From: a virus
Taxonomy: Duplodnaviria; Caudoviricetes
Direction: 5' to 3' (one strand)
Virus record (IMG/VR): IMGVR_UViG_3300028586_000751
Coordinates: 1 to 51,270 of that record
DNA length: 51,270 nucleotides
This document shows positions 1-9,773 of this stretch, in pieces. A program made the position numbers and the translations under genes. How positions within the stretch are numbered: the first letter of the stretch is position 1; each line of letters starts with the position of its first letter. Under the pieces are notes generated by a model. The model saw only the letters and a list, made by a program, of their open reading frames with translations, was not told the DNA's origin and searched no databases.

Positions 1-1023
1 CTAATCGCTTTGCGTACCGTCTTCAGCGGTTACCCGCTTGATCATCTTAGCGACTGCGGGAGAAGTATTAATTGGATGCATCCTTAGTTTAGGATGGGAT
101 TTCGCGAACACTCGAAAAACTTCATCTGCAAATCCCTGTCCGATCTCCCCTACACCGTCGAAATCTAGTATAACGATTTGAAATCTCTCAAACCTTCTAG
201 TCAGCCGCTTCGCTTGCGACCTAGACACTAGCTTTTCTCCCTCATGCTGAGCAAGTTTTACAGGGACAATCGTTTTAGCAAACGCGAATTCATCAGGCAG
301 GGCAAAGGTGTTGAAAACTTCTTGGGTCGTTCTTTTACTATCATTGTCTAGTATCATAGTTACACTCGTCCCATTGACAGGATTAGTAATACTAAGCAGA
401 ACGTCAGGCACGTCATTGCCGAGATGTACAAAGCTTAGTGAGCCAGAATCTATCAAAAAGCGGTCAAACATTTTTGAAGAGAAAAAGATACCCTCGCCCG
501 AGTGATTCGCAGGGTCAGTTGTCAGCTTTCCCTTGGAAAGCTCCAATATGGACTCTCTCTCGTCATATAAATTCAATGCACGTTGAATTTTCGCAAAAAT
601 ACCTTCACCGTTATCATGAACAGTGCAATATGTTTGAAGAGCAGTCTCACGCAATGTCACCAAAACCGTTTCAGCATTTGAGTGATCAATAGCGTTGTTA
701 ACCATTTCCGTAATACCGTGGTGCCAAATACCTCGGACATTATCGGGCAAGTTGGCAAGGAACTGTACGCACTGCTTGCGCCATACGAAGTCCTCTTCAA
801 GTCCTTCGCGTTGATACTCTGCGGACACCCCTCTAAGCTCGGCCAAGTAATAAAAGGTAGATCTTCCCGACCCTTTACTTATTATGAGCCCTTCCTTCTT
901 TAATCTAGACAGACGAGCGCTAGCTGCCTGTCGGCTCACGTTTAATTTCTCAGCCACGCGAGCAGCAACATTTCGTGAGTTCTCACAGATGAGCTCTAAC
1001 ACGGTAAGTGTAGTTTTGTCCAT
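1..1023 (-). CDS. HTH + HATPase_c + STAS-like (DUF4325) protein
   Basis: N-terminal wHTH (VSRQAASARLSRL), GHKL motifs (EMVNNAIDHS, DNGEGI, GEGIFF) and C-terminal SRSQAKR/DFDGV..IGQGFADEVF. ATG at 1023 preferred over TTG 1080 because of the promoter upstream. Confidence 0.8.
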   Translation of the reverse strand: MDKTTLTVLELICENSRNVAARVAEKLNVSRQAASARLSRLKKEGLIISKGSGRSTFYYLAELRGVSAEYQREGLEEDFVWRKQCVQFLANLPDNVRGIWHHGITEMVNNAIDHSNAETVLVTLRETALQTYCTVHDNGEGIFAKIQRALNLYDERESILELSKGKLTTDPANHSGEGIFFSSKMFDRFLIDSGSLSFVHLGNDVPDVLLSITNPVNGTSVTMILDNDSKRTTQEVFNTFALPDEFAFAKTIVPVKLAQHEGEKLVSRSQAKRLTRRFERFQIVILDFDGVGEIGQGFADEVFRVFAKSHPKLRMHPINTSPAVAKMIKRVTAEDGTQSD

Positions 1024-1029
1024 GACATC

Positions 1030-1058
1030 ATTGTGGGGTTGCACCACTGATTCGTCAA
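1030..1058 (-). promoter_or_regulatory. sigma70 promoter, likely leaderless transcript
   Basis: TTGACG-17-CACAAT, then 6 nt to ATG 1023. Confidence 0.5.
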
Positions 1059-1216
1059 GGCCCCGCCAAATATTTGTCAAGAGAAATCGGCTATTCCCCG
1101 ATCGGCGGTGACGAATTGCTACAGGTGCTCCGTCACGACGTGCGCTGTGAGCGCTATCTCAGTGGCGACCATTGCTGAGAGTTTATTTCTCTACACGCCT
1201 CGTACCTCTCGACTAC

Positions 1217-1674
1217 CTAGTGGTATTGCCGCACGATTCGCGCAATGTCTTCTACGTCGGCGAGAATTTCAACAGCAACCTCCGGCACTAGCTCCGGTCC
1301 TGGTCCGTCAGCGTCAGATGCGGCGGCAGTGGGTCGATCGTCGGGCGCGGTGCCGGCTGGTACTGGCCCTGCGGGGCAGCGCAGCCGGTCATCGCCAGCG
1401 CGCACACGGCGCTGAGCAGCAGCTAGATCTTGGGGATGTTCCTGTTCCTTTCTATGTGCGGCCGAGTCGCGCGCCTGCAGTTGCGCGCGCAAGTCGGCCT
1501 TGGTGATGCGGTTGTCTCAGCGGCGGCGTCGCGCGCGGTTTTGCCTTTGGCGACGGCGGCCGCATAGCCGGCGTCGTAGCGCTTGCCGCCGTAGTGCATC
1601 AAGCCCAACCAGCCGACCACCAGCAGGCCGGCCAGCACGATCAGGGCGGCAAGGGTGCGCTCGAAGGTCGTCAC
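1217..1674 (-). pseudogene. Rz-like i-spanin (with embedded Rz1) pseudogene
   Basis: Aligns by eye with 11760-12212. A 1-nt deletion near 1510 splits it into two ORFs, it is 3'-truncated, and the embedded Rz1 has ATG>ATC plus a TAG (IPKI*). Confidence 0.85.
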
Positions 1675-2042
1675 GGCGCGCCCCAATCCGGCATATCAAC
1701 CGTCTGCCCAGCAAGTGAATGCGAGCAGTCGTCCAGGAACTGGATACGGCCGTCAGTCACGAATGAATGGCAGCAAGTGCACGTGAACGGATCAGGATCT
1801 TCGGGATGCTCAGCGTTGTAGGTGCACCAGCATGCCCCCGGCTCTTGACCGCGATCGGCACGTAGTGGCCTGCGCACAAGCACGGATGGCGTAAAAGTTG
1901 GAGCGTCCGCGTTGCCGTTGTAGCCCCAGCACGGGCCAGTACCATCCCCCACGCTTATCTGGTGGGCCTCATTGCACCCCGGACACTAGAAAGCCAGCCG
2001 GCCACCCGCCAGGCTGCGCAGCTTTTTTGATATTGCCACCAT
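1671..2042 (-). pseudogene. DUF6527-family protein, interrupted by in-frame TAG
   Basis: MVAISKKLRSLAGGRLAF*CPGCNEAH...WGYNGNADAPTFTPSVL...CHSFVTDGRIQFLDDCSHSLAG; TAG at 1986-1988 where Trp is expected; TGATG coupling to the lysozyme. Confidence 0.75.
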
Positions 2043-2523
2043 CACGAAAGTCCTTTCAAGCAGATCTGGCGCTCGGCCTGGCGCCGCCGGGTGAGCCCGC
2101 GCACCTCCTTGCCGCCGACCTTGTTCCACATAAGCAGCGCGTCGCACGCGCCGGCCATGTCGCCGGCATTGGCGCGCCGCGCCATGCTTGAACCGCAGAA
2201 CGCGCCGACGCCGATGTTGTAGGCCGCGTCGACGAAAGCCACCTTCTGGCCATCGGTCATCATGGCCAGCGACACGCAGCGCGCGATGCCCGCGGCGTGT
2301 CGCTCGAGGTCGCGGTCGAGCTGGGCCCGGCACAGGTCCGGCGTGTAGGTCTTGCCCCACTGGGCGTCCTCGGTGGCGCCGGTGCAATAGGTCAGCACGC
2401 CACCCATGTCGCGGTAGGTGGTCAGCACGGTGCCTTCGAACTTCGGCGTGAGCGCGAGCAGCGCCGCCGCGGCCATGGCGCCGATCAGGGCGACCAGACC
2501 TCACCGCTGGGTGGTTCAGCCAT
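2042..2523 (-). pseudogene. GH24 SAR-type lysozyme with damaged 5' end
   Basis: FEG..Y.D..G..T.C.G.T catalytic motif, YNIG and GLTRRRQAE. ATG 2523 is 1 nt out of frame and a TGA at 2501-2503 precedes the hydrophobic GLVALIGAMAAAALLAL segment; the remaining ORF is 2042-2476. Confidence 0.8.
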
Positions 2524-2620
2524 TGCCGGTCACCGACGGTGGCGCCACCACTCGCCCTATCGCGGCTGCGAGCGAGGTCAGGTCGGCGGGTACCAACAGG
2601 GTGGAGGCGGTGCCAGTGCT
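2516..2620 (-). pseudogene. possible holin remnant
   Basis: ...LTSLAAAIGRVVAPPSVTGNG* overlaps the lysozyme ATG (AATGGCTGA) at the holin position; upstream part has a stop. Confidence 0.35.
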
Positions 2621-2698
2621 TGTGAATTATAGAACCCAGGCGACGGATAGCACCCCAGACTGGCCGGTCACCGAGATTTTTATAAGGTTCGCTTCAGT

Positions 2699-2917
2699 TT
2701 AGAGGTCTGGTTTTGGTGGTGACGACGAACTTTTATTCGTCATGAGCCCGTACGGGTGCCGAATTGAGCGCGCCAGTAGTTCTATGGCCACGTCTAAGGC
2801 GACCTCTGCTTCAAATAAGTAGGCGGCCGATAGACGAACACCATGGACGCGGCGGAGCTCCAAAGCTGTAGCCAGCACCAAGGGGCCTACGGTTGTTTTT
2901 GTGGCGTGATCACTCAT
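2699..2917 (-). CDS. small hypothetical protein
   Basis: ORF divergent from the recombinases; loosely resembles 9774-9965. Confidence 0.35.
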   Translation of the reverse strand: MSDHATKTTVGPLVLATALELRRVHGVRLSAAYLFEAEVALDVAIELLARSIRHPYGLMTNKSSSSPPKPDL

Positions 2918-2978
2918 CCTCATATAGTCTTCCAGAACCCCTGCGGCGCATTGCGCCAGGTCAAACACTGGAGGCTCT

Positions 2979-4508
2979 ATGGTCAACCATGCTGCGAACC
3001 GTGCTGTCATGTACGTGCGCATGTCGACCGAGAGCCAGGACTACTCGACAGACCACCAGCGCGCCAGGATCCGTGAATACGCGGCCGCGCGCGACATATC
3101 GATCATCCGCGAGTATGTCGACGACGGTAAGAGCGGCCTGGACATCCGTCGCAGGGCCGGCCTTCTGAGTCTCATGCAGGACGTCCAGTCGCAGGATCCC
3201 GACTTCAGCCGCATCCTCGTGTTCGACATCAGCCGATGGGGGCGATTCCAAGACATCGACGAGGCCGCCTACCACGAGCACACCTGCAGGCGCGCCGGGA
3301 TCGAAGTCACCTACTGTGGCGAACGCTTTGCCGACGACGCAGGACCATACGCTTCGCTCCTCAAGAGCATGAAACGCGTTATGGCAGCCGAATACAGCCG
3401 CGACCTATCCGAAAAGGTATTCGCAGCCCAGGCCAGGTTCATCGAAATGGGATTCAAGCAAGGTGGCCTGGCTGGTTACGGCCTCCGGCGCTTGGCGCTC
3501 AAAGCATGCGGTACGCCACGCGCCATCCTTGAATATGGCGAGTCGAAGATATCTGCAACGGATCGTGTTGTGCTGGTATGGGGCCCCGAGCATGAAGTGG
3601 CAACGGTCCGGCGCGTGTACACCCTCTACCTCGAGCAAGGCGCCAGCGAGGCTGGCCTAGCGCGCATGCTCAATAACGAAGCCGTGCCCAGCGGGTTCGG
3701 CCGGCCTTGGACTCAGGCGATGATCAACTCGCTACTGACCAATGTGAAGTATTGCGGCGCCCTCGCCTACAACCGGCGCTCGGGCAAGCTATCTACCCGT
3801 CGAACTCGAAATGATACCGACCAATGGATCGTAAAGCAGGAGGCGGTCGCCCCGATCGTCGGCGCCAAGGTCTTCGCTCAGGTCCAGGCGGAGCGCGCGC
3901 GTCGGATGAAGCGCTACAGTCGGGATGAGCTGGTTGCCCTCCTCCAGTCTTGCCACAGCCGGCACGGGACCGTGAACGCGAAGATTATCGCGGCCGACAA
4001 GCAACTGCCGGATCCGCAGCTGCTGGTACGCACGTTCGGATCCCTCATGAGCGCTTACGAGGCTGCCGGCCTACCGACCTTGCCGAAATATGCATTTGTG
4101 GCGACAAAAAGACTGCTCACCGCGGCGCGGACCGGACTCCTACAAGAGGTGGAAACGCTAGCCCGGACCGCTGGCGGCGCCACCGATCCTGGAGAGGAAC
4201 CGCACACAATTCTGATGAATGGACAACTTCGGGTGCGGATCGAGATTGCCGTCCAGCGAAACCCGCGGCGCGGTCAGCGGAACTGGCGGATTCGCGGTAG
4301 GCCTGATGCCGACTTCACCATCGTGGGCCGGATGGAGCCGATCGCAGGGACCATTGCCGACTACTTCCTTTTCAGCCAGGACGACCTGGCGCCAGGGGTG
4401 ATCTATCTGAAAGACTCGAACCTAGACCGGTTCGCTCGCATGCGGTACCCGACTGTGCGTGGGATATTTGGTCTTGATGCTCCCAGCTCGCCGGAGTCCA
4501 CGTGCTGA
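2979..4508 (+). CDS. large serine recombinase
   Basis: YVRMST catalytic Ser motif, DISRWGRFQ, MAAEYSRDLSEKV, GYG recombinase domain. Confidence 0.92.
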   Translation: MVNHAANRAVMYVRMSTESQDYSTDHQRARIREYAAARDISIIREYVDDGKSGLDIRRRAGLLSLMQDVQSQDPDFSRILVFDISRWGRFQDIDEAAYHEHTCRRAGIEVTYCGERFADDAGPYASLLKSMKRVMAAEYSRDLSEKVFAAQARFIEMGFKQGGLAGYGLRRLALKACGTPRAILEYGESKISATDRVVLVWGPEHEVATVRRVYTLYLEQGASEAGLARMLNNEAVPSGFGRPWTQAMINSLLTNVKYCGALAYNRRSGKLSTRRTRNDTDQWIVKQEAVAPIVGAKVFAQVQAERARRMKRYSRDELVALLQSCHSRHGTVNAKIIAADKQLPDPQLLVRTFGSLMSAYEAAGLPTLPKYAFVATKRLLTAARTGLLQEVETLARTAGGATDPGEEPHTILMNGQLRVRIEIAVQRNPRRGQRNWRIRGRPDADFTIVGRMEPIAGTIADYFLFSQDDLAPGVIYLKDSNLDRFARMRYPTVRGIFGLDAPSSPESTC

Positions 4509-6055
4509 AGGCGTACGCCGACCGGGCCGCACTGTACCTACGAGCCTCAACCGAGCACCAAAACTATTCGACCGAGCATCAAAAGGCAGCGCTACTGGAG
4601 TACGCTGTGGCGCACGGCTTCACGATCGTTAAGGTTTATCGCGATAAGGGGCGCAGCGGCCTCACCTTGGACGGGCGGGCTGGCCTGCTGGAGCTGCTGA
4701 CCGACATTCAGGCCGGCCGCGCCGACTTCAACGTGGTTCTGGTCTACGATGTGAGCCGCTGGGGCCGCTTCCAGGACGTCGACGAGAGCGCCTACTACGA
4801 ATATGCCTGCCGCCGGGCCGGCATCGCGGTGGCCTACTGCGCGGAGCCATTCACCAACGATGGATCACCCCTCGCCGCTGTCCTGAAGGGCCTCAAGCGG
4901 GCCATGGCCGCCGAGTACAGTCGCGAGCTTTCAGCGAAGGTATTTCGAGCGCAGTGTCGCCTTACCGAAGCAGGGTTCAAACAAGGTGGCCTGGCTGGAT
5001 ACGGCCTCCGCCGTGTTGTGATCTCGGCGACTGGCCAGTCAAAGGGGCTGCTCGGCGCCGGCGAGCGCAAATCCATGCCGACGGACAGGGTCACCTATTC
5101 CATAGGGCCTGATGATGAAGTGGTCGTGATTCACCGCATCTACGAAATGTACCTGGGCGAGCGCATGTCGGACACCGGCATTGCGCGCCGCCTCAACCAT
5201 GAGGGCATCGCGAACGAATTCGGGCGCACCTGGTCGCCACACCATGTCAAGCAGATCCTCACGAACGATAAGTACGCCGGCACACTGGTATTCAACCGTA
5301 GCACGCAGCGATTAAAGAGCACTCGACGCTCCAATGCGCAGGCCTCATGGGTGAAGGTGGACGATGCATTTGCGGCGATCGTGTCGCGCGAGAACCTGGG
5401 GGAGGCGCGCGCCGAACGGGACCGCCGGCGCCGGCAATGGTCCGACGATGAGATGCTCGACGTGCTCCGTCAGATATTCGTCGAGCACGGCAAGGTGACG
5501 CCCGACCTCATCAACGCTAGCGGCGGCCCGGCGGTGAAGTCATATGCCTACCGGTTCAACGGCATCACATCTGCTATGGGGCTCGCCGGCGTCAGCTGGC
5601 CATCGCTCACCCGCAGCACGATCACCAGGTATCGAATGCGCTGCATCACCCGTGACATGACGATCGAGCTCGAGCGATGCGCGGCCGCGGCGAACGCCCA
5701 GGTCGAGAAGCTCAGCCCGCGTACCTTCCGCCTAAACGGGGTAACCGCCCGCTTGCTGTGCACTCGGTGCCGCTACGAGCGAAGCCACCCGTGTTGGAAG
5801 GTCGCGCTGGCGCACAAGCCAGCGGTCGACTTCATCATCTGGGTGCGGGCAGATCCTCTGAACGAAGGGATCGAAGGAACCTACCTGCTCCCTGTGGCCG
5901 ACTTCCCCGACCACCTCTACATCTGGCCGTCCGCTCGAACGCTGGCGAAGTATGAGAAGTATGCACATCCGTCAATTGCTGCGATCTTTGGCCTACCGAT
6001 GGCCGGGCGCGCCAAAGCCAACAGCACTTCAAACTGCGAAGTAACAGTGCAGTGA
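4502..6055 (+). CDS. large serine recombinase (paralog)
   Basis: YLRAST, DVSRWGRFQ, MAAEYSRELSAKV; overlaps the first gene by 7 nt. Confidence 0.92.
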   Translation: MLKAYADRAALYLRASTEHQNYSTEHQKAALLEYAVAHGFTIVKVYRDKGRSGLTLDGRAGLLELLTDIQAGRADFNVVLVYDVSRWGRFQDVDESAYYEYACRRAGIAVAYCAEPFTNDGSPLAAVLKGLKRAMAAEYSRELSAKVFRAQCRLTEAGFKQGGLAGYGLRRVVISATGQSKGLLGAGERKSMPTDRVTYSIGPDDEVVVIHRIYEMYLGERMSDTGIARRLNHEGIANEFGRTWSPHHVKQILTNDKYAGTLVFNRSTQRLKSTRRSNAQASWVKVDDAFAAIVSRENLGEARAERDRRRRQWSDDEMLDVLRQIFVEHGKVTPDLINASGGPAVKSYAYRFNGITSAMGLAGVSWPSLTRSTITRYRMRCITRDMTIELERCAAAANAQVEKLSPRTFRLNGVTARLLCTRCRYERSHPCWKVALAHKPAVDFIIWVRADPLNEGIEGTYLLPVADFPDHLYIWPSARTLAKYEKYAHPSIAAIFGLPMAGRAKANSTSNCEVTVQ

Positions 6056-6140
6056 ATATTGATGAGGATTGATGCATCCTCGCCCCGCTATACTCGCGGA
6101 GCGAAACGGCACGCTTAGATGACCGTCCACTGCAAAAATT

Positions 6141-7025
6141 ATGCGTGCCAGCACAGGCCATGAGCATTTATGCAGTACGAACACTGGAGGCGAAGTGGAG
6201 GTAATAGAAATTGAGCGTGCACTTGCCGATCTTAGTCAGGCAGTAAAGGTGCCGGCGACCGCTGATTCGACGGAGCGCGCGACATCTGCGGATTATCAAA
6301 TGATGATCGGCGCTCTTGAGGAAATGCTGGAAGGGGTGGAGGCGCCGCATCCAGACATAGAGAAATTGACCGCTCTGAAAAATGAAGTGCAGAGAATACT
6401 GCAAACGATGCGACTCAGGACGATCAAGCGTATCGAGGCAGCAACCCGGGCCGTGGCATCTGGAGCGCCGTTAGATGAATTCCTAAAGCCGCAGTCTAAC
6501 CTTAAGACGGCCACTGCCATTTTCGATGCACTGTCGAGGAAATTTGTTGCCGTCGCGAATCGGCGCGCCGCCAAGTTTGGCGCTTCGACTGAAACACAAG
6601 AGCCTATCGTGGTTGACAGCCCCCAATCTACAGATGATGATGCAGTTATGACTACCCCGACCCAAAGTGAAATCGATCTGAAAATAGAAAACATGCAACT
6701 ACGCATGGATGGGCGTCTGTCTTCAATTGAAGGGAAGATGGACGCGCTTGCAGCCCAGGTCAGTGGCAGCGAGCGAGCCATGGCTCTCCTTGCTGAGCGC
6801 GCCGTGGCCGCCGCCGAAAGCGCTGGGAATCTGAAGCAAACTCTCTGGATTACCTCGATAACGACGATACTTTCGGTGCTTGGAATTGCACTTGCTGCTT
6901 ACTTCGGCACTCAAGCATCCAACCTTGGGATTGTCAGCTCGACGATCTCCGCCTTTGAGGCTGGTCGGGCTGCAGGCACGCCATCACAAGCCGCCGCCCC
7001 AGCCCAGGCAACGCCTGCAAGGTAA
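6141..7025 (+). CDS. hypothetical coiled-coil protein with C-terminal TM helix
   Basis: 294-aa ORF (start may be GTG 6196); hydrophobic LWITSITTILSVLGIALAAYF. Confidence 0.6.
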   Translation: MRASTGHEHLCSTNTGGEVEVIEIERALADLSQAVKVPATADSTERATSADYQMMIGALEEMLEGVEAPHPDIEKLTALKNEVQRILQTMRLRTIKRIEAATRAVASGAPLDEFLKPQSNLKTATAIFDALSRKFVAVANRRAAKFGASTETQEPIVVDSPQSTDDDAVMTTPTQSEIDLKIENMQLRMDGRLSSIEGKMDALAAQVSGSERAMALLAERAVAAAESAGNLKQTLWITSITTILSVLGIALAAYFGTQASNLGIVSSTISAFEAGRAAGTPSQAAAPAQATPAR

Positions 7026-7597
7026 CCTCGTTCTCAGCAGGATATCAGCCCGCCGTGCGCGGGTTGTTTTGAACTCGCCCGTTACTCGCCCAGCGAGGGC
7101 ATCGTTATGCCCAAGGGGCAGGTCATCGTGCGCGCTGGCGCCGCGGCTCGCCCGGCCCGATTTCTCTCCCCTGCTATTAAGAAGGATTCTGCTGATTTTC
7201 GGAAGCGGTCCGATACGGACCTTTCAAAGATCTTATGAGCTGAACCAATGAATGAGTTAATGCTCATTTCGGGGACTATTGCGGCTGAATTCACAAGGAT
7301 GCCCATAAGTCTAGTAACAACGATTTCGATGGCCCCCAGTCTGTCGAGCCGCTCGATCTCTAGAGGTGCGTTGTTTCATGGTCCACCTTCCCACCCTGGA
7401 TTCGCAGTCGCTCAGCGTCACGCCAGCATCGATCGATCAAGTCCAATAACGCCAAGCCATCAAATCCCATGTGAATCTGATCGTAACTGCGCGCGGTAAT
7501 CTTGCTATGATACTTAGACGCAGTTCTCAGAGCGGACAGCCAGCTCAGCATTAGTCACCAAGTCCCTATTTACCGTATCCCGTAGATTCAACGATCC

Positions 7598-8440
7598 ATG
7601 ACTTTCGATTCCATAGAAACCTATAACGCGCTGCCGCCAGTGTTCTACAAATACATGGCGATTGGGCCGTGGCTGGAAGCGTTTATTGCAGGTGACTCGA
7701 TCAGATTTTCGACGAGAATGAGCTTTAATGATCCGTTCGATTGCAGGCCTGCTTTTCGCATCGGAGACGGTCGGGAGGTGAGGAAATATATAAACGACGG
7801 GTTAAAAAGCTTCGGGATGACTCCAGCGAAGCGCCTAATGGCGATGTCACGTGCTTCGAGATTGGACCCAGATTTTTTTAGCACGCAAGCCACTGCTAAA
7901 CATCTCGATGAAGTCGGGATACTCTGTTTAGCTCCAGCCTGGGATAATTCTTTGATGTGGTCGCACTATTCCGACCATCATAGAGGTATTTGCATCGGAT
8001 TTCACAGCGACATTGATATATTCAAAACTGCTTTAAAAGTATTTTATCAAGAAGATCTGCCTATAGTTACAGCACCGACGACGAGAGATCGAGAACTCTA
8101 CGACAAGGTTTTTATGACGAAGGCACGATGCTGGGAGTACGAACAAGAGTGGCGAATTATTAAGGTAGCGATGACTGATGAAGCACGGGATTCTCAGTAT
8201 CGAGATTTGTGTTGCTATGTAAGCCCAGCCCTTGCAAGATCGCTTTCGAATCAGCGCGGCGCAGGTATATACAATTTTGATAAATCAGCAATTCAAAGCC
8301 TTACTTTAGGCATGAAAATTTCTAACGCGGATGAGGAACGAATTAGACAGGCTGTAAGAGCTGCGGGTTTAGATGTCCCTATATACCGCATTTCGCAGCC
8401 AGAGAGAAGCTACTCCCTATCCCGCACATTGCTCCCCTGA
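7598..8440 (+). CDS. DUF2971-family protein
   Basis: YKY, FNDPFD, LMWSHYSDHHRGICIGF, K..CWEYEQEWR motifs; lower GC than surroundings. Confidence 0.85.
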   Translation: MTFDSIETYNALPPVFYKYMAIGPWLEAFIAGDSIRFSTRMSFNDPFDCRPAFRIGDGREVRKYINDGLKSFGMTPAKRLMAMSRASRLDPDFFSTQATAKHLDEVGILCLAPAWDNSLMWSHYSDHHRGICIGFHSDIDIFKTALKVFYQEDLPIVTAPTTRDRELYDKVFMTKARCWEYEQEWRIIKVAMTDEARDSQYRDLCCYVSPALARSLSNQRGAGIYNFDKSAIQSLTLGMKISNADEERIRQAVRAAGLDVPIYRISQPERSYSLSRTLLP

Positions 8441-8655
8441 CTATCAATTTAGAAGTCAGACGCTCTATTGGCATTTTGGGCAATCGAATCAATCTCTTGG
8501 AGCGCAGGTCCTGCGCTATTCATTCACTGATTGAGTCGCTGCAAGTGCTTGATTCCACTGGCAGCCAGCGGATTGAATAGCGCAGCTTGCTTCGCGAAAT
8601 TGCGCTCCATACGCGCGAGCGGTAAGCTGAGCGTATGGCGATGTCGGAGTGAGCG

Positions 8656-9231
8656 ATGAGCAATTCAGAACGTAATTTTTTAGAGGCTTTTTTAGAGGGT
8701 GGCGAAGCGATTGCGGACCTTCTAATTAACAATGAGGCGCTTGAGGCGGTTCCAGTAGTTGGTACTGCATTCAAATTATCCAGGGGCCTGACCGACCTGC
8801 GTTCGAGGGCACTGAGCGCGAAGCTACTTAAGTTTTTGACCGAGCCGAGCTTGATAAGATCGATCGAAGCGGGACGCGCACGTGATCGCCTCAATAAAGA
8901 TGAGTATAGGGGTGTGGTCGGCGAGGCATTGTTCCTAACGCTGGATAAGGTAACCGATCTGAAAAAGCCAGCACTTCTCGGTCGCGCTTTCGCTGCATAC
9001 CTGGACGCAGTCATCGATACTGAAACGCTGCTGGCTTTGGCACATGCTGTCGACTTGGCGTTCGTTCGAGACCTGGAGTACTTCTTAACGCACCATGACC
9101 CAGAGGGCCAAGAAGGTAATCCATCTGCTTTCCGCCTCCTGCCTTCTGGCCTGGTCGACTACTCGAAGTTCCAAGACACACCTCTGGGCGCAGCGTTGAG
9201 GACGGTCGCCAGACACACGCAAACGCCGTAG
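8656..9231 (+). CDS. hypothetical protein
   Basis: 191-aa ORF with GGAG RBS. Confidence 0.6.
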   Translation: MSNSERNFLEAFLEGGEAIADLLINNEALEAVPVVGTAFKLSRGLTDLRSRALSAKLLKFLTEPSLIRSIEAGRARDRLNKDEYRGVVGEALFLTLDKVTDLKKPALLGRAFAAYLDAVIDTETLLALAHAVDLAFVRDLEYFLTHHDPEGQEGNPSAFRLLPSGLVDYSKFQDTPLGAALRTVARHTQTP

Positions 9232-9240
9232 TTCCCGAGA

Positions 9241-9273
9241 AAGCATGGTTAGGCTATGAATCTAACCACGCTT
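9241..9273 (+). terminator. hairpin after 8656-9231
   Basis: AAGCATGGTTAG-9-CTAACCACGCTT inverted repeat with a T-run shortly after. Confidence 0.35.
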
Positions 9274-9399
9274 CGGCATTTTTCCGTTTCCCGACAACGA
9301 CCTAGCAGCGGTCGCTTGTACTATGGATGAGCCGCAGGTGCCGCCGCAACCCATTGTTTCGATTCAGGTCGGCCCTGCTCAATAGTACAGATCAGTACG

Positions 9400-9651
9400 C
9401 TATAGCTTCGGCTGCTCCTGCACCACCGGCTCGGCGCCCAGGTCGCGGAGCAGCGAATCGCGCATGATGCCAGCGGTCGACGACTGCGGATTGATGCGCA
9501 GGTAGTCGTGCGTCCGGAGCGTCAAAGCACGCAGGCGAAATAACTCCCAGAGTAGTGCGCGGCCATCGTCGGAGCCGCGTAGGCGCTCTTGAATTTCTAG
9601 CAGCTCGGCGCGGGTAAGCGGCGCGCGATCGGTTCGCTTAATACTGTTCAT
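9400..9651 (-). CDS. small SOS-regulated hypothetical protein
   Basis: MNSIKRTD...LLWELFRLR; start codon lies inside a LexA box. Confidence 0.65.
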   Translation of the reverse strand: MNSIKRTDRAPLTRAELLEIQERLRGSDDGRALLWELFRLRALTLRTHDYLRINPQSSTAGIMRDSLLRDLGAEPVVQEQPKL

Positions 9652-9661
9652 ACATACAGTA
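9642..9661. promoter_or_regulatory. LexA (SOS) box
   Basis: TACTGTTCATACATACAGTA = TACTG-N10-CAGTA; overlaps TGcTATACT -10 and ATG 9651. Confidence 0.8.
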
Positions 9662-9773
9662 TAGCAGCGGCCAATCAATGGCCACCGACGCGCCGGCGCA
9701 ACAGCGGGATGCGCGACGCATAGTCTAACCTCCGACATATACCGTAGGTATCACGCTCTGCCATACTGATTGG

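Noticed and set aside
1986-1988. In-frame TAG (and TGA at 2501-2503) as possible stop-codon recoding in lysis genes
   Set aside because: Neighbouring genes also have frameshifts and truncation, and intact genes use TAG/TGA as stops; decay is the simpler explanation
2525-2674. 12-bp direct repeat GCCGGTCACCGA (2525, 2663) as att site or target duplication
   Set aside because: Only 138 bp apart, GC-rich, and does not flank the recombinase genes
7082-7551. Two minus-strand ORF pieces that may be one frameshifted gene
   Set aside because: No recognisable motif; cannot be supported without homology search
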